Shown here: positions 47,184 to 55,806 of the stretch, in pieces
Layout: the number at the start of each line of letters is the position of its first letter
Position numbering within the stretch: position 1 is the first letter of the stretch
NCBI GenBank assembly: GCA_963714465.1
Contig: CAVQOS010000022.1
Coordinates: 25,433-89,432 of the forward strand
Length of the DNA stretch: 64,000 bases
Reading direction: 5' to 3'
Source: an uncultured Chloroflexia bacterium
GTDB lineage: Bacteria > Chloroflexota > Anaerolineae > Anaerolineales > Anaerolineaceae
Translations under genes and position numbers: made by a program
Notes under the pieces: generated by a model
Told to the model about the DNA's origin: nothing
The model's database searches: none
The model's input: only the letters and a program-made list of their open reading frames with translations

Positions 47184-49808
47184 TCAATTTCCAAAGGGTG
47201 TTACAGAAGCCAGGAACATCTCTTCTCCGATGGCGCGGGTTTTTTCGGGTGTTCCATCCTCCAAAACCACGACCAGAGCCAAAGGTGTGGCTTTCCAAGC
47301 GGGCGTGGTTCCGGCGATGAACCAGACGATCGTCTGGTCATTGTTTTTTACCTTGGATAGGGTTTCCCAACCTGGAAAAGAAGTCATCGACAGGGCTGCT
47401 GAAGCAGCATCAGCTTCAACCGGGTTGACTGTTTTTACAGCCGATGGGACGGGTAATGCGATCCATTCATCCAGCGGATCTTTGTAAGCTGTGACCAGCA
47501 CTGGCGGCGTGACCACCCCGTGATCGGACAGGGCTGCGGCAGCGATGACCAATTGCAGCGGGCTGATGCGCCAAGTGCTGGTCGGGGATGTCAGTGTTTG
47601 GGTCGTGATGGGATAAGTGAGGGTTGTTGCACTGGCTGTTTCAACTGGCAAGCCGGGCTTGGCAAAGAATCCAAGTTGTGTCAAAAGATCCCACTGTACG
47701 GTGGGTTGGATGGATTTTGAAAGTATCTGGGTGGCGATCGGGCAACCAGAGGTGACCAGGTTGGGAAAGTCAGGCGCTGAACCTGGATCAACTGCGCAAT
47801 CTGCCAGGTCAGAGGCACTCAAGCTGGCTGGCACTGGGGGAAGTCCGCTTTTCAAAGCGCTGGCATACAGGAACGCCGATACTGCCGTGCCAAGAGGGTA
47901 TTGTCCCTGGGTGACCCGATTCAACAGCGGTGCGTTCTTGTCGGCCATCCAGGTACTCCAGTTTGTGCTCAACTCGTTTGCATTGAATGTGGGCGCTGTA
48001 GCCATGGCAAGAATCTCGCCTGACACAGCATTGATCAGGACAATGGCTCCTTTTTGATCTTTCAACAATGATTCCGCTTTATTTTGCAGCGAAGAATCCA
48101 GGCTCAGGCGGATATCCAACCCGGGAGGATATTGACCATAAAGCGACTGAGCCAGCCAGACGGCCGAAGTTGTATTTCCCTCGATCCCGCGCAGATACCC
48201 ATCCATGCTGTATTCGATCCCCGTTTGCCCGTAATCGGGGTTGCTGTAGCCAACGGTCGCACTTAACGATGGAAGATTTATCGTTCGCACGTAGTGTCCT
48301 ACGGCTCCGGTCGATTCGGCAAGGACGAGATTGTTACGATCCAGGATTTTCCCGCGTAGAACATACGAATCAGAAATCGCCCGGCGTGGATTATCGCTCC
48401 TGGAGAGAAGGTCAGATGCGCGTACCATTGACCACCAGCCGGTAAACAAACCGATGACGAAAAGCCCTGCCAGGAATATTGTTCCAATCAACGTATACGG
48501 CTTTAAGCGTTCGATGGTTGCCGGCTGGTCTTCTGCCTGGTTGCTGATGATCAACAATAATAAAAATGAAAAGAAGGATGTCACGAGCGAAGAGCCGCCG
48601 TACGAGACAAACGGCAGGGTTACCCCGGTCAGGGGGAAGAGGCGGATATTGCCCCCGATGATCAAGCCCGCCTGAACGATAAACGTACTCGATATCCCAA
48701 TCGCCAGGAACCTTTGGTATTGGTTGGGTGCATGCAGGGCAATTTCGATGCCCCGCACGGTGATGATCGCCAATACGATCGCCAATCCAACCGCACCGAT
48801 CAACCCGGCTTCTTCAGCAATCGCCGAAAAGATAAAGTCAGATTGGGCAACGGGCACCACCCCCGGGCTGCCAAGACCCAATCCGCGACCGAGGACACCG
48901 CCATTTCCAATGGCCATTAACGATTGAACGATCTGGTAGGAACGTCCAGAGGGATCCAACCAGGGATTGATCCAGGCTTCGATACGGAGGCGGATCACAT
49001 CGAAGATCAAATACCCTGAAACAAGCCCGATGATGATCACGAAGAAGCTGATCAACAACACCCTGCGTCTACCTGATGCAATATAAACGATCAAGGTGTA
49101 CAGAATAATGAAAATCGAGGCTGTCCCCAGATCTCGTTGAGCGATCAGGATGACGACGGCTGCGCCTGCGACTACCAGGGTGGGCGCCAGTAATTGGATG
49201 ATGCCAAAATGCGCCGGCAGGCTGTCTGCCAGGTATGCGGCGAGGTAGATGATCAACGCTAATTTGAGAAATTCTGAAGGCTGCAGGTAAATCCCGAACA
49301 TGTCCAACCACAGCCCTGGTCCTGTCCCCGATCCGCCGGGGTAAGTACCCAGGAAGAGGGTGAGGAGGGTGAGTGCCAGGATGCTGGTCAGCCAAACGTA
49401 TTTATACCGCCGTAAGACGGGCAGCAGTTTTTGAAAACGGACTCCGATCAAGAATCCAACAATACACACAACCAGCCAAATCATTTGGCGAAAACCGAGC
49501 GCAGGGTTCAAGCGGAAGATCGTGATCAATCCCCAACCTGAAAGCAATCCGACCATAGGCACCAGGTAAGGGTCACGATCCGGCAGGAACCGATTAACAC
49601 TGTGATACAGGACTGAAAAGCCAACCAGCCATACCCCCCATCCCACCCATTGTTCCCAGCGAACGGTCCCCGTCCATTGATGCAATCTTACCGCAGGGGC
49701 AAAGGTCAACACAATGCAGTTAAGAAATAGGAACAATGCCGCCAAAACCATCAAGCGGCTCTGGAGTTTATTGTGCGGTGCTTCAGTGGTTGGAAATAGA
49801 AAGTTCAC
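47184..49808 (-). CDS. SEDS (FtsW/RodA) glycosyltransferase fused to a class-B-PBP-like domain with degenerate active-site motifs
   Basis: The N-terminal half has SDFIFSAIAEEAGLIGA and LPFVSYGGSS. The C-terminal half has RGKILDRNNLVLA, GAIVLINAVSGEILAMATAPTFNAN and VWFIAGTTP...VVVLEDG. It reads YPLGTAVS where YPPGS.FK is expected. Confidence 0.85.
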   Translation of the reverse strand: MNFLFPTTEAPHNKLQSRLMVLAALFLFLNCIVLTFAPAVRLHQWTGTVRWEQWVGWGVWLVGFSVLYHSVNRFLPDRDPYLVPMVGLLSGWGLITIFRLNPALGFRQMIWLVVCIVGFLIGVRFQKLLPVLRRYKYVWLTSILALTLLTLFLGTYPGGSGTGPGLWLDMFGIYLQPSEFLKLALIIYLAAYLADSLPAHFGIIQLLAPTLVVAGAAVVILIAQRDLGTASIFIILYTLIVYIASGRRRVLLISFFVIIIGLVSGYLIFDVIRLRIEAWINPWLDPSGRSYQIVQSLMAIGNGGVLGRGLGLGSPGVVPVAQSDFIFSAIAEEAGLIGAVGLAIVLAIITVRGIEIALHAPNQYQRFLAIGISSTFIVQAGLIIGGNIRLFPLTGVTLPFVSYGGSSLVTSFFSFLLLLIISNQAEDQPATIERLKPYTLIGTIFLAGLFVIGLFTGWWSMVRASDLLSRSDNPRRAISDSYVLRGKILDRNNLVLAESTGAVGHYVRTINLPSLSATVGYSNPDYGQTGIEYSMDGYLRGIEGNTTSAVWLAQSLYGQYPPGLDIRLSLDSSLQNKAESLLKDQKGAIVLINAVSGEILAMATAPTFNANELSTNWSTWMADKNAPLLNRVTQGQYPLGTAVSAFLYASALKSGLPPVPASLSASDLADCAVDPGSAPDFPNLVTSGCPIATQILSKSIQPTVQWDLLTQLGFFAKPGLPVETASATTLTYPITTQTLTSPTSTWRISPLQLVIAAAALSDHGVVTPPVLVTAYKDPLDEWIALPVPSAVKTVNPVEADAASAALSMTSFPGWETLSKVKNNDQTIVWFIAGTTPAWKATPLALVVVLEDGTPEKTRAIGEEMFLASVTPFGN

Positions 49809-50671
49809 TTAAAGTATTTGTCCACCAGCGGTCCCAGTTTCTGAATGGTTTCAGCAGGAATGGCATCTTTATGGCTGATAAACGCGTTTTCAAGAGCGTG
49901 CATGCAATTACAGGTGGATTCTCCGTGCAGATTTTCAACCATCGCTGCGATGGTCTTTTGAGCGACCTCGGTATTTTGCTTCAAGGTTTTGACCACGATA
50001 TCCACGCTTACGTCTTCTTCGTGTAAATGCCAGACATCATAATCGGTTACATGCGCCATGACGGCGTAGCACATCTCGGCTTCGCGAGCCAGAAAAGCTT
50101 CAGGGGCAGTGGTCATACCGATCAGGGAGACACCCCACGAACGATAGGTATTGGACTCAATTTTGGTCGAAAACCGCGGACCTTCGATGGTGATCATCGC
50201 GCCGCCCAGGTGAGCTTTGGCGTCCATGACGGTGACGGTTTGGAACAACTGCGTCGATAAGTCGGGGCAAAAAGGATCACCCGGGCTGATGTGGACGACC
50301 AATCCATCCCCAAAAAACGAACGGGCGCGGTTCTTGGTATTGTCAAAGAGCTGGTCAGGGATCACAATTTCACCTGGTGCAAAATCTTCGCGCAGCGAGC
50401 CGCACGCGCTGACGCTGATGATGCGCGTGACCCCCAAGGCCTTGAGGGCAAAGATGTTTGCCCGGTAAGGCACCTCAGAAGGCGAGATCGTGTGTCCTAC
50501 GCCGTGCCTGGCAAGAAATGCCACAGGTTTGCCTGAAAGCGTCCCCAACGCGATAGGGGCACTCGGCTTTCCGAAGGGTGTATCTGGATAGATCGTTTCG
50601 ATATTCTCAAGGGCAGGAAAATTATATAATCCTGACCCTCCAATTACTGCAAGCACTGGTGTTTTGTCCAT
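49805..50671 (-). CDS. mtnP: S-methyl-5'-thioadenosine phosphorylase
   Basis: LAVIGGSGLY, TPFGKPS, FLARHG and ISVSACGSL. The start is the ATG at 50671 with a GGAGAAAC RBS. The stop overlaps the SEDS start (ATGA). Confidence 0.85.
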   Translation of the reverse strand: MDKTPVLAVIGGSGLYNFPALENIETIYPDTPFGKPSAPIALGTLSGKPVAFLARHGVGHTISPSEVPYRANIFALKALGVTRIISVSACGSLREDFAPGEIVIPDQLFDNTKNRARSFFGDGLVVHISPGDPFCPDLSTQLFQTVTVMDAKAHLGGAMITIEGPRFSTKIESNTYRSWGVSLIGMTTAPEAFLAREAEMCYAVMAHVTDYDVWHLHEEDVSVDIVVKTLKQNTEVAQKTIAAMVENLHGESTCNCMHALENAFISHKDAIPAETIQKLGPLVDKYFK

Positions 50672-50684
50672 GTAGGTTTCTCCA

Positions 50685-51119
50685 TTATTGTTCAATCGAT
50701 TGAATTTCAACCAGGATCGGGATTTGACCAATTCGAATCTCATCTCCGTTGATGATGATCGTTGGCGTTTCGACCTTTTCATCATTTAGAAAAGTTCCAT
50801 TGGTGGATTGCATGTCTTCGACCCACCACTGCAGGTAGCGGTAACTCAAGCGAGCATGCCTGGCGGAGACCGTCTCATCTGTGAGCGGGAAATCGCAGGC
50901 GGTGTCTCTGCCGATGACCAGTTCTGAGGAGGTAAATGTTTTTCGTGTATCTTCGGCTTCATTGGCAAGGCTCAAGATGATGGGAGGAATTTTTCGCGTG
51001 GTAACCATTTGGCTCTGAAAGCGTAAATCACGCCAGAGCGTATACAAAGCCCATCCCAGGAAGCTAAAAAGGGCAATGGCTGCCAGAATTCGTAGGACGA
51101 AAATCAAGAAAGGAAGCAT
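50685..51119 (-). CDS. membrane-anchored FHA domain protein (FhaB/FipA-like)
   Basis: An N-terminal TM helix plus the FHA core GRD...D..VSARHA...W.V.D..STNGTF.N. Confidence 0.85.
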   Translation of the reverse strand: MLPFLIFVLRILAAIALFSFLGWALYTLWRDLRFQSQMVTTRKIPPIILSLANEAEDTRKTFTSSELVIGRDTACDFPLTDETVSARHARLSYRYLQWWVEDMQSTNGTFLNDEKVETPTIIINGDEIRIGQIPILVEIQSIEQ

Positions 51120-51125
51120 TCTGTC

Positions 51126-51911
51126 TTATCCCTGGTCTGTGGTGGGCTTCATGTCTGTCGTAATATGCCTGGGTTTGGTATCGGCACCTGGTTCGTCAAT
51201 GGCAAAGATCATTTTTACCCCAGCCAATGAGATGACATCTCCTGACCTCAAGCGGAATTGGCTGATACGTTCTCCATTGATATATGTGCCCCCTGAAGAG
51301 CCAATATCGAAAATCATGAACCCGCCGTTCACAAATCGGATCTGGGCATGGGTACGGGATACACGCAGGTCATTGACGACGAGGTGATTTGTGCTGCGGC
51401 GCCCAAGGTTAGTCACTTTGCGAGCGAGCGGATAACTTTTTTCGTTCTCGAGAATGAGCCGCGCTTTTACAGGTATCTCCAGGGGTGAGTTGGAAGGCAA
51501 TCCATCATTATTAATGGGCACTGCATTGGTCACCCCCAGTTCGTTATCGGGGTAGACCGGTTCGATGAGAATTTCGGAATAATTCAAGGCAGTGCTTGAA
51601 ATCAGTTGGAGTGAAGGGGTATTTTCAAACTTGCGGCCGAGTTCCTGAGCGGTATCTGCCAGCGTATGGATGATGGCGTTTTCCCAATCAGGCTCAGCTT
51701 TCCACCTGGCACATTCCTGCGGATGCATGAAAATGTTGAACCGGTTGGGCAGGTTCTTTTGGTCCTGGCTCTCAGAATTGATAAAAGTCTGAAATGCTTC
51801 CACCAGCCGATGCACAGAATTGGCGTGCTCGTCCATCCATGGAAACAATGCAGCGCTGCTTTCGATGATTTCCTTAATTTTACTTTCAATCAGGTCGATA
51901 GGGTTAGCCAT
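51126..51911 (-). CDS. FhaA-like protein (DUF3662-like N-terminal domain plus C-terminal FHA)
   Basis: The C-terminus reads LGRRSTNHLVVNDLRVSRTHAQIRF..GGFMIFDIGSSGGTYING. Confidence 0.8.
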   Translation of the reverse strand: MANPIDLIESKIKEIIESSAALFPWMDEHANSVHRLVEAFQTFINSESQDQKNLPNRFNIFMHPQECARWKAEPDWENAIIHTLADTAQELGRKFENTPSLQLISSTALNYSEILIEPVYPDNELGVTNAVPINNDGLPSNSPLEIPVKARLILENEKSYPLARKVTNLGRRSTNHLVVNDLRVSRTHAQIRFVNGGFMIFDIGSSGGTYINGERISQFRLRSGDVISLAGVKMIFAIDEPGADTKPRHITTDMKPTTDQG

Positions 51912-51969
51912 ACGTTATTATTATAATCAAAGAGTGTGCATAATTTATGAAAATAGGTTGAGTGATTCC

Positions 51970-52365
51970 GTGGGATACCAGGAAATCGAACACCTCTCAG
52001 ATCGAGCCATAAGGGTTGCGTCCAAAACACTCGAAGGTCTATTTGTGGATGCCGCCCTCGGGATGTATTGCATTATGGATGTTCACTGCTCGGAGGTCAG
52101 GATTACCCGCAGACTCAGCTTTGATGGGTTGGATTTGGAGAGCCTGCTGGTTGCATTTTTATCAGAATGTTTGGCCATGGCTGAATTGGAGAACCTGGCG
52201 CTGCAGTCGGCTGCGATTTCATTTACAGAAAATCAATGCACCGCAGCCATGATCCTTTCGCCAATACTCCAGAAAACTGAAAATATCAAAGCGGTTACAT
52301 TTTCCGAGATGAAGATTCTGAAAAATGCCAGCGGGTTCGAGACCGATGTGGTTTTTGATCTTTAG
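51970..52365 (+). CDS. archease (RtcB activator)
   Basis: YQEIEHLSDRAIRVASKTLEGLFVDAALGM, immediately upstream of rtcB. The start is uncertain (GTG at 51970 or TTG at 51958). The longer track ORF would overlap fhaA. Confidence 0.75.
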   Translation: MGYQEIEHLSDRAIRVASKTLEGLFVDAALGMYCIMDVHCSEVRITRRLSFDGLDLESLLVAFLSECLAMAELENLALQSAAISFTENQCTAAMILSPILQKTENIKAVTFSEMKILKNASGFETDVVFDL

Positions 52366-52375
52366 TGGAGGCGGA

Positions 52376-53827
52376 ATGATCAAACAATCCGTGATCAAAA
52401 GAATTTCTGATTTTGAATGGGAAATTCCGGCAGAGACGCTTTCTGAAATGCTTGTACCTGTGCGCATCATCGCCACCGAAGACATCATCCGCCACGCGCT
52501 GACTGACAGCTCATTCAACCAGGCGATGAACGTTGCCTGCCTGCCAGGGGTGGAAAATCCAGTGGTGATTATGCCGGATGTGCATCAGGGGTACGGCTTT
52601 CCAATCGGGGCGGTCGCCGCCATGCGGTTGGGCGATGGTGTGATTTCGCCGGGCGGTATCGGCTACGATATCAACTGCGGCGTGAGGCTGCTTTCTTCGC
52701 AGCTTCTTTTTGACGAGGCAAAAGGCAAATTGGAGCGTCTTTCTTTTGCTTTGAACGAAGGCAGTCCCAGCGGGGTCGGCGCAACGAGCAAGTTTTCTCT
52801 AAAGAAGAATGATTTTGAGCAAATTTGTGTCGATGGAGTTTCTTGGGCTGCCAGGGAAGGGCTGGCGAGTGAAAATGATTTGCGCCGTACCGAGGAGCAC
52901 GGTAAACTGACAGGCGGTTCACTAAGCGCCGTCAGCAAGAGAGCAATCGAACGCGGGATCCACCAGTTGGGCACATTGGGTGCCGGCAACCACTTTCTCG
53001 AAGTTGACGTTGTGGATGAAGTGTATTTTGCCCAGGCGGCTGCGGCGTACGGACTGTACAAAGACTGCCTGGTCGTGCAAATCCACTGCGGTTCCCGTGG
53101 ATTTGGTCATCAAATTTGCACCGATTACGTTCTTGATTTTCAATCCGCTGTGCACAAATACGGCATCCACGTATTGGATCGTGAATTGGTTTGCGCACCC
53201 TTGGATTCCATTGATGCCGAGCAATATCTCCAAGCCATGCGGGCAGCTGCGAATTTTGCCTTTGTCAACCGGCAAATTTTAGCCAATGCCTGCCGGAATG
53301 CTTTCGAAAAATGTTTTGCAGGGAGTGGATCCAATACCCATTTGCAGCAAGTCTATGATGTGACTCATAACATTGCGAAATTTGAAACTTATATTGTGGA
53401 TGGCGTAAAGAAAAAGCTTTGCATCCATCGCAAGGGTGCAACGCGGGCTTTTGGCCCCAACCACCCTGAACTTCCTGAGGAATACCGCCCGGTTGGGCAG
53501 CCTGTGCTTATCCCAGGGAGTATGGGGACGGCCTCCTGGGTGTTGGCAGGTACACAGAAGAGCATGGAAGTCTCTTTCGGGTCAGCCTGTCATGGCGCGG
53601 GAAGGTTGAAAAGCCGATCTCAGGCAAAAAGGGAAGTTCGTGGAGAGGATTTGGTTCGATCGCTGGCTAAAAAGGGAATCATTATTCGAGCGGGATCGAT
53701 GAGCGGGGTGGCTGAAGAGGATCCTGCGGCATACAAGGATGTCGATGAGGTGATCGAAGCGGTTTGCGGGGCAGGCATCGCACGTAAAGTTGCCCGTCTG
53801 CGCCCGGTGGTTGTAATCAAGGGATGA
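52376..53827 (+). CDS. rtcB: RtcB RNA 3'-phosphate ligase
   Basis: GGIGYDINCGVR, GAGNHFLE, HCGSRGFGHQ and CHGAGR. Confidence 0.95.
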   Translation: MIKQSVIKRISDFEWEIPAETLSEMLVPVRIIATEDIIRHALTDSSFNQAMNVACLPGVENPVVIMPDVHQGYGFPIGAVAAMRLGDGVISPGGIGYDINCGVRLLSSQLLFDEAKGKLERLSFALNEGSPSGVGATSKFSLKKNDFEQICVDGVSWAAREGLASENDLRRTEEHGKLTGGSLSAVSKRAIERGIHQLGTLGAGNHFLEVDVVDEVYFAQAAAAYGLYKDCLVVQIHCGSRGFGHQICTDYVLDFQSAVHKYGIHVLDRELVCAPLDSIDAEQYLQAMRAAANFAFVNRQILANACRNAFEKCFAGSGSNTHLQQVYDVTHNIAKFETYIVDGVKKKLCIHRKGATRAFGPNHPELPEEYRPVGQPVLIPGSMGTASWVLAGTQKSMEVSFGSACHGAGRLKSRSQAKREVRGEDLVRSLAKKGIIIRAGSMSGVAEEDPAAYKDVDEVIEAVCGAGIARKVARLRPVVVIKG

Positions 53828-53836
53828 GGGTATCGA

Positions 53837-54313
53837 TTATAGAAAAGTGATGATGGGGGCAATTCGGGCATTGGTTACTTTGACGAGATCAGCCGGGTCA
53901 AGGCGGATATTTAATCCCCTTTGACCGCCTGAGATATGGATGAGGGGCAGAATCAACGCCGAGTCATCCAGGATCATGGCGAAGCCTTTATTCAGCAGTG
54001 CGAGCGGCGAAATTCCGCCTGCCTGCAACCCGGTCTGCGATTCAGCCTCCTGCTGGGTCGGGACGTGAACCTTCTTTTCTCCGAGAAAAGCGGCAACGGC
54101 TTTCAAGTCCACTTCGCTATTTGCGGGAACCATGCACAATACCAACTTACCATTGGCTCGTTTGATCACGATTGTCTTATACACCATTTCCAGGGGGACG
54201 TTCAAGAACTGGGCGGTTTCGATCGCTCCCAGTTTTTCGGGGGGGAGATCGAAAGCGGTGTAAGCAATTTTCTTCGCATCCAAAAGACGGGTTACATTAT
54301 TGGAAATCGTCAT
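53837..54313 (-). CDS. YbaK/EbsC-type aminoacyl-tRNA deacylase
   Basis: The YbaK-like domain, in a 158-aa protein starting at the ATG at 54313. Confidence 0.75.
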   Translation of the reverse strand: MTISNNVTRLLDAKKIAYTAFDLPPEKLGAIETAQFLNVPLEMVYKTIVIKRANGKLVLCMVPANSEVDLKAVAAFLGEKKVHVPTQQEAESQTGLQAGGISPLALLNKGFAMILDDSALILPLIHISGGQRGLNIRLDPADLVKVTNARIAPIITFL

Positions 54314-55385
54314 ATTTGTTTTTCTTTTGGATGTGGATAGGATTTGAGAATATCCATCCACGATACATCCCATGAAATTCGATCAAACACTCCACGCGAT
54401 ATGCACCCGGCTCGGAGGCAGTTGCCACCATTTGATCAGTGCCGTCCCAGGTGCGGATGACTTTTCCATTGAAGATCAACCTGGTTTTCGCTGGTCTTGG
54501 AAGGCGGATCCGCAAAGTTGCCCCATTAACCATCTTTATGGTTTGACCCATCGACACTGTTTCGTCCCCGGTTTCTGCTGTAAACCTGAAGCCCCGCGTG
54601 CTCGCCGGGCGGTCGTATCCCACAAAAGCGGACCCTTCGCGGAACGCACGATAAATCAAGTTTCGATCATGCTCCACATCGAAATTCAGCTCTTCCTGGA
54701 GCAGCAGGTGGGTGTTGATGTTGCTGAAATGAAACGCATACGGGAAAATCACTTTGTGCAGCAGCGATTTCTTAAATTGGATTGCGTGCGCGTCGGAACC
54801 GCCAACCCCTACGACTTTGATACCTTGCGAAAGCAGCTCGTCCCATTTTGCCAACGTTTGCTGCCTTGGACCACGGGGATAGTATTCCGGGAAAAAGGCA
54901 TAAAACAAGACAGTCCACAACGTCCGGGCTGCATCCTTAAACTCGCTGAAGTGGTTCCAAATTTCAAGACCGGTGAAGCCCTGTACTCCCCAATCCACCC
55001 ATGAGATATCGGGTTCATGGAACATCGGCAAATCGGCTTCGTTGGGATGGGCCAGAAAGGTCAGTCCGTTGGTTTTGTTCGCCTGTTCGATTAGTTCCTG
55101 GGGGGAATAAGCAAATTGTGCAAGTTCGCGGTTCGCCCCGATCACAAGCATGTGATTCTTTTGGGGTTCACGGTTTTGATCGTGTACTTCTTCGGCTGCC
55201 AGGAACATAAGGTGTTTGTCGCCTTTGGACACGTACCGGTCAGCTCCCTCGACAAGAACGTTATGGTCAGTGATAATCAGCACATCGATCCCAGCCGCGA
55301 TTGCTTGATCGATAACATAAGCATGCGTACCGCTGCCGTCGGAGTAAAGTGTGTGATTATGTAGGTTGGCGACAAGCTCTTTCAT
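54297..55385 (-). CDS. PHP-domain metallohydrolase (CehA/McbA-like)
   Basis: NLHNHTLYSDGSG and ITDHN motifs. Confidence 0.75.
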   Translation of the reverse strand: MKELVANLHNHTLYSDGSGTHAYVIDQAIAAGIDVLIITDHNVLVEGADRYVSKGDKHLMFLAAEEVHDQNREPQKNHMLVIGANRELAQFAYSPQELIEQANKTNGLTFLAHPNEADLPMFHEPDISWVDWGVQGFTGLEIWNHFSEFKDAARTLWTVLFYAFFPEYYPRGPRQQTLAKWDELLSQGIKVVGVGGSDAHAIQFKKSLLHKVIFPYAFHFSNINTHLLLQEELNFDVEHDRNLIYRAFREGSAFVGYDRPASTRGFRFTAETGDETVSMGQTIKMVNGATLRIRLPRPAKTRLIFNGKVIRTWDGTDQMVATASEPGAYRVECLIEFHGMYRGWIFSNPIHIQKKNKYDDFQ

Positions 55386-55428
55386 AGGTCGTAATGACTC
55401 AAAATAAAAAGTTACTTTAGAGGTAACG

Positions 55429-55458
55429 TTGACTAATTTAGAAAATAAAGGGTATAAT
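55429..55458 (+). promoter_or_regulatory. sigma-70-type promoter of secG
   Basis: TTGACT, an 18-nt spacer and TATAAT. An AGGAGG RBS at 55478-55483 precedes the TTG start. Confidence 0.55.
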
Positions 55459-55489
55459 TTTCGATGTTATTTAATCCAGGAGGTTTATC

Positions 55490-55714
55490 TTGACACAATA
55501 CATTGACATCGCATTGATTATAACTTCAATCGCTCTCATCGTCAGCGTGATTTTGCAAAACAAAGGTGTTGGCTTGGGCGGTTTTGGCAATATGGATACC
55601 GGCGGTGTCTTTACAGCGCGACGGGGCATTGAGAAAACCTTGTTTTGGGTAACGATCATACTTTCGGCATTGTTCTTTATTCTTACATTGACCTCGGTAA
55701 TCATTTCGCGCTAA
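55490..55714 (+). CDS. secG: preprotein translocase subunit SecG
   Basis: A 74-aa protein with two TM helices and a Gly-rich loop, LQNKGVGLGGFG. Confidence 0.85.
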   Translation: MTQYIDIALIITSIALIVSVILQNKGVGLGGFGNMDTGGVFTARRGIEKTLFWVTIILSALFFILTLTSVIISR

Positions 55715-55806
55715 AGGTATTCCCTGGATTTTTCTATAAAATCATCCCAGGAATTCGAGGGCGACTCTCCTTGATGAAGGGAAGTCGCCATTTTACTATA
55801 GAGCCT

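Noticed and set aside
51820-51969. N-terminal extensions of track ORFs. Examples are archease from 51820, SBP from 55645, MTAP to 50785, DUF1028 to 10704, ybaK to 54373 and GNAT to 61080.
   Set aside because: The extensions overlap neighbouring genes or lack an RBS. Internal ATG/GTG starts with Shine-Dalgarno sequences fit the family N-termini.
52330-52350. A tRNA T-arm-like gggttcgagacc.
   Set aside because: It lies inside the archease coding region, and no acceptor or anticodon stem can be built around it.
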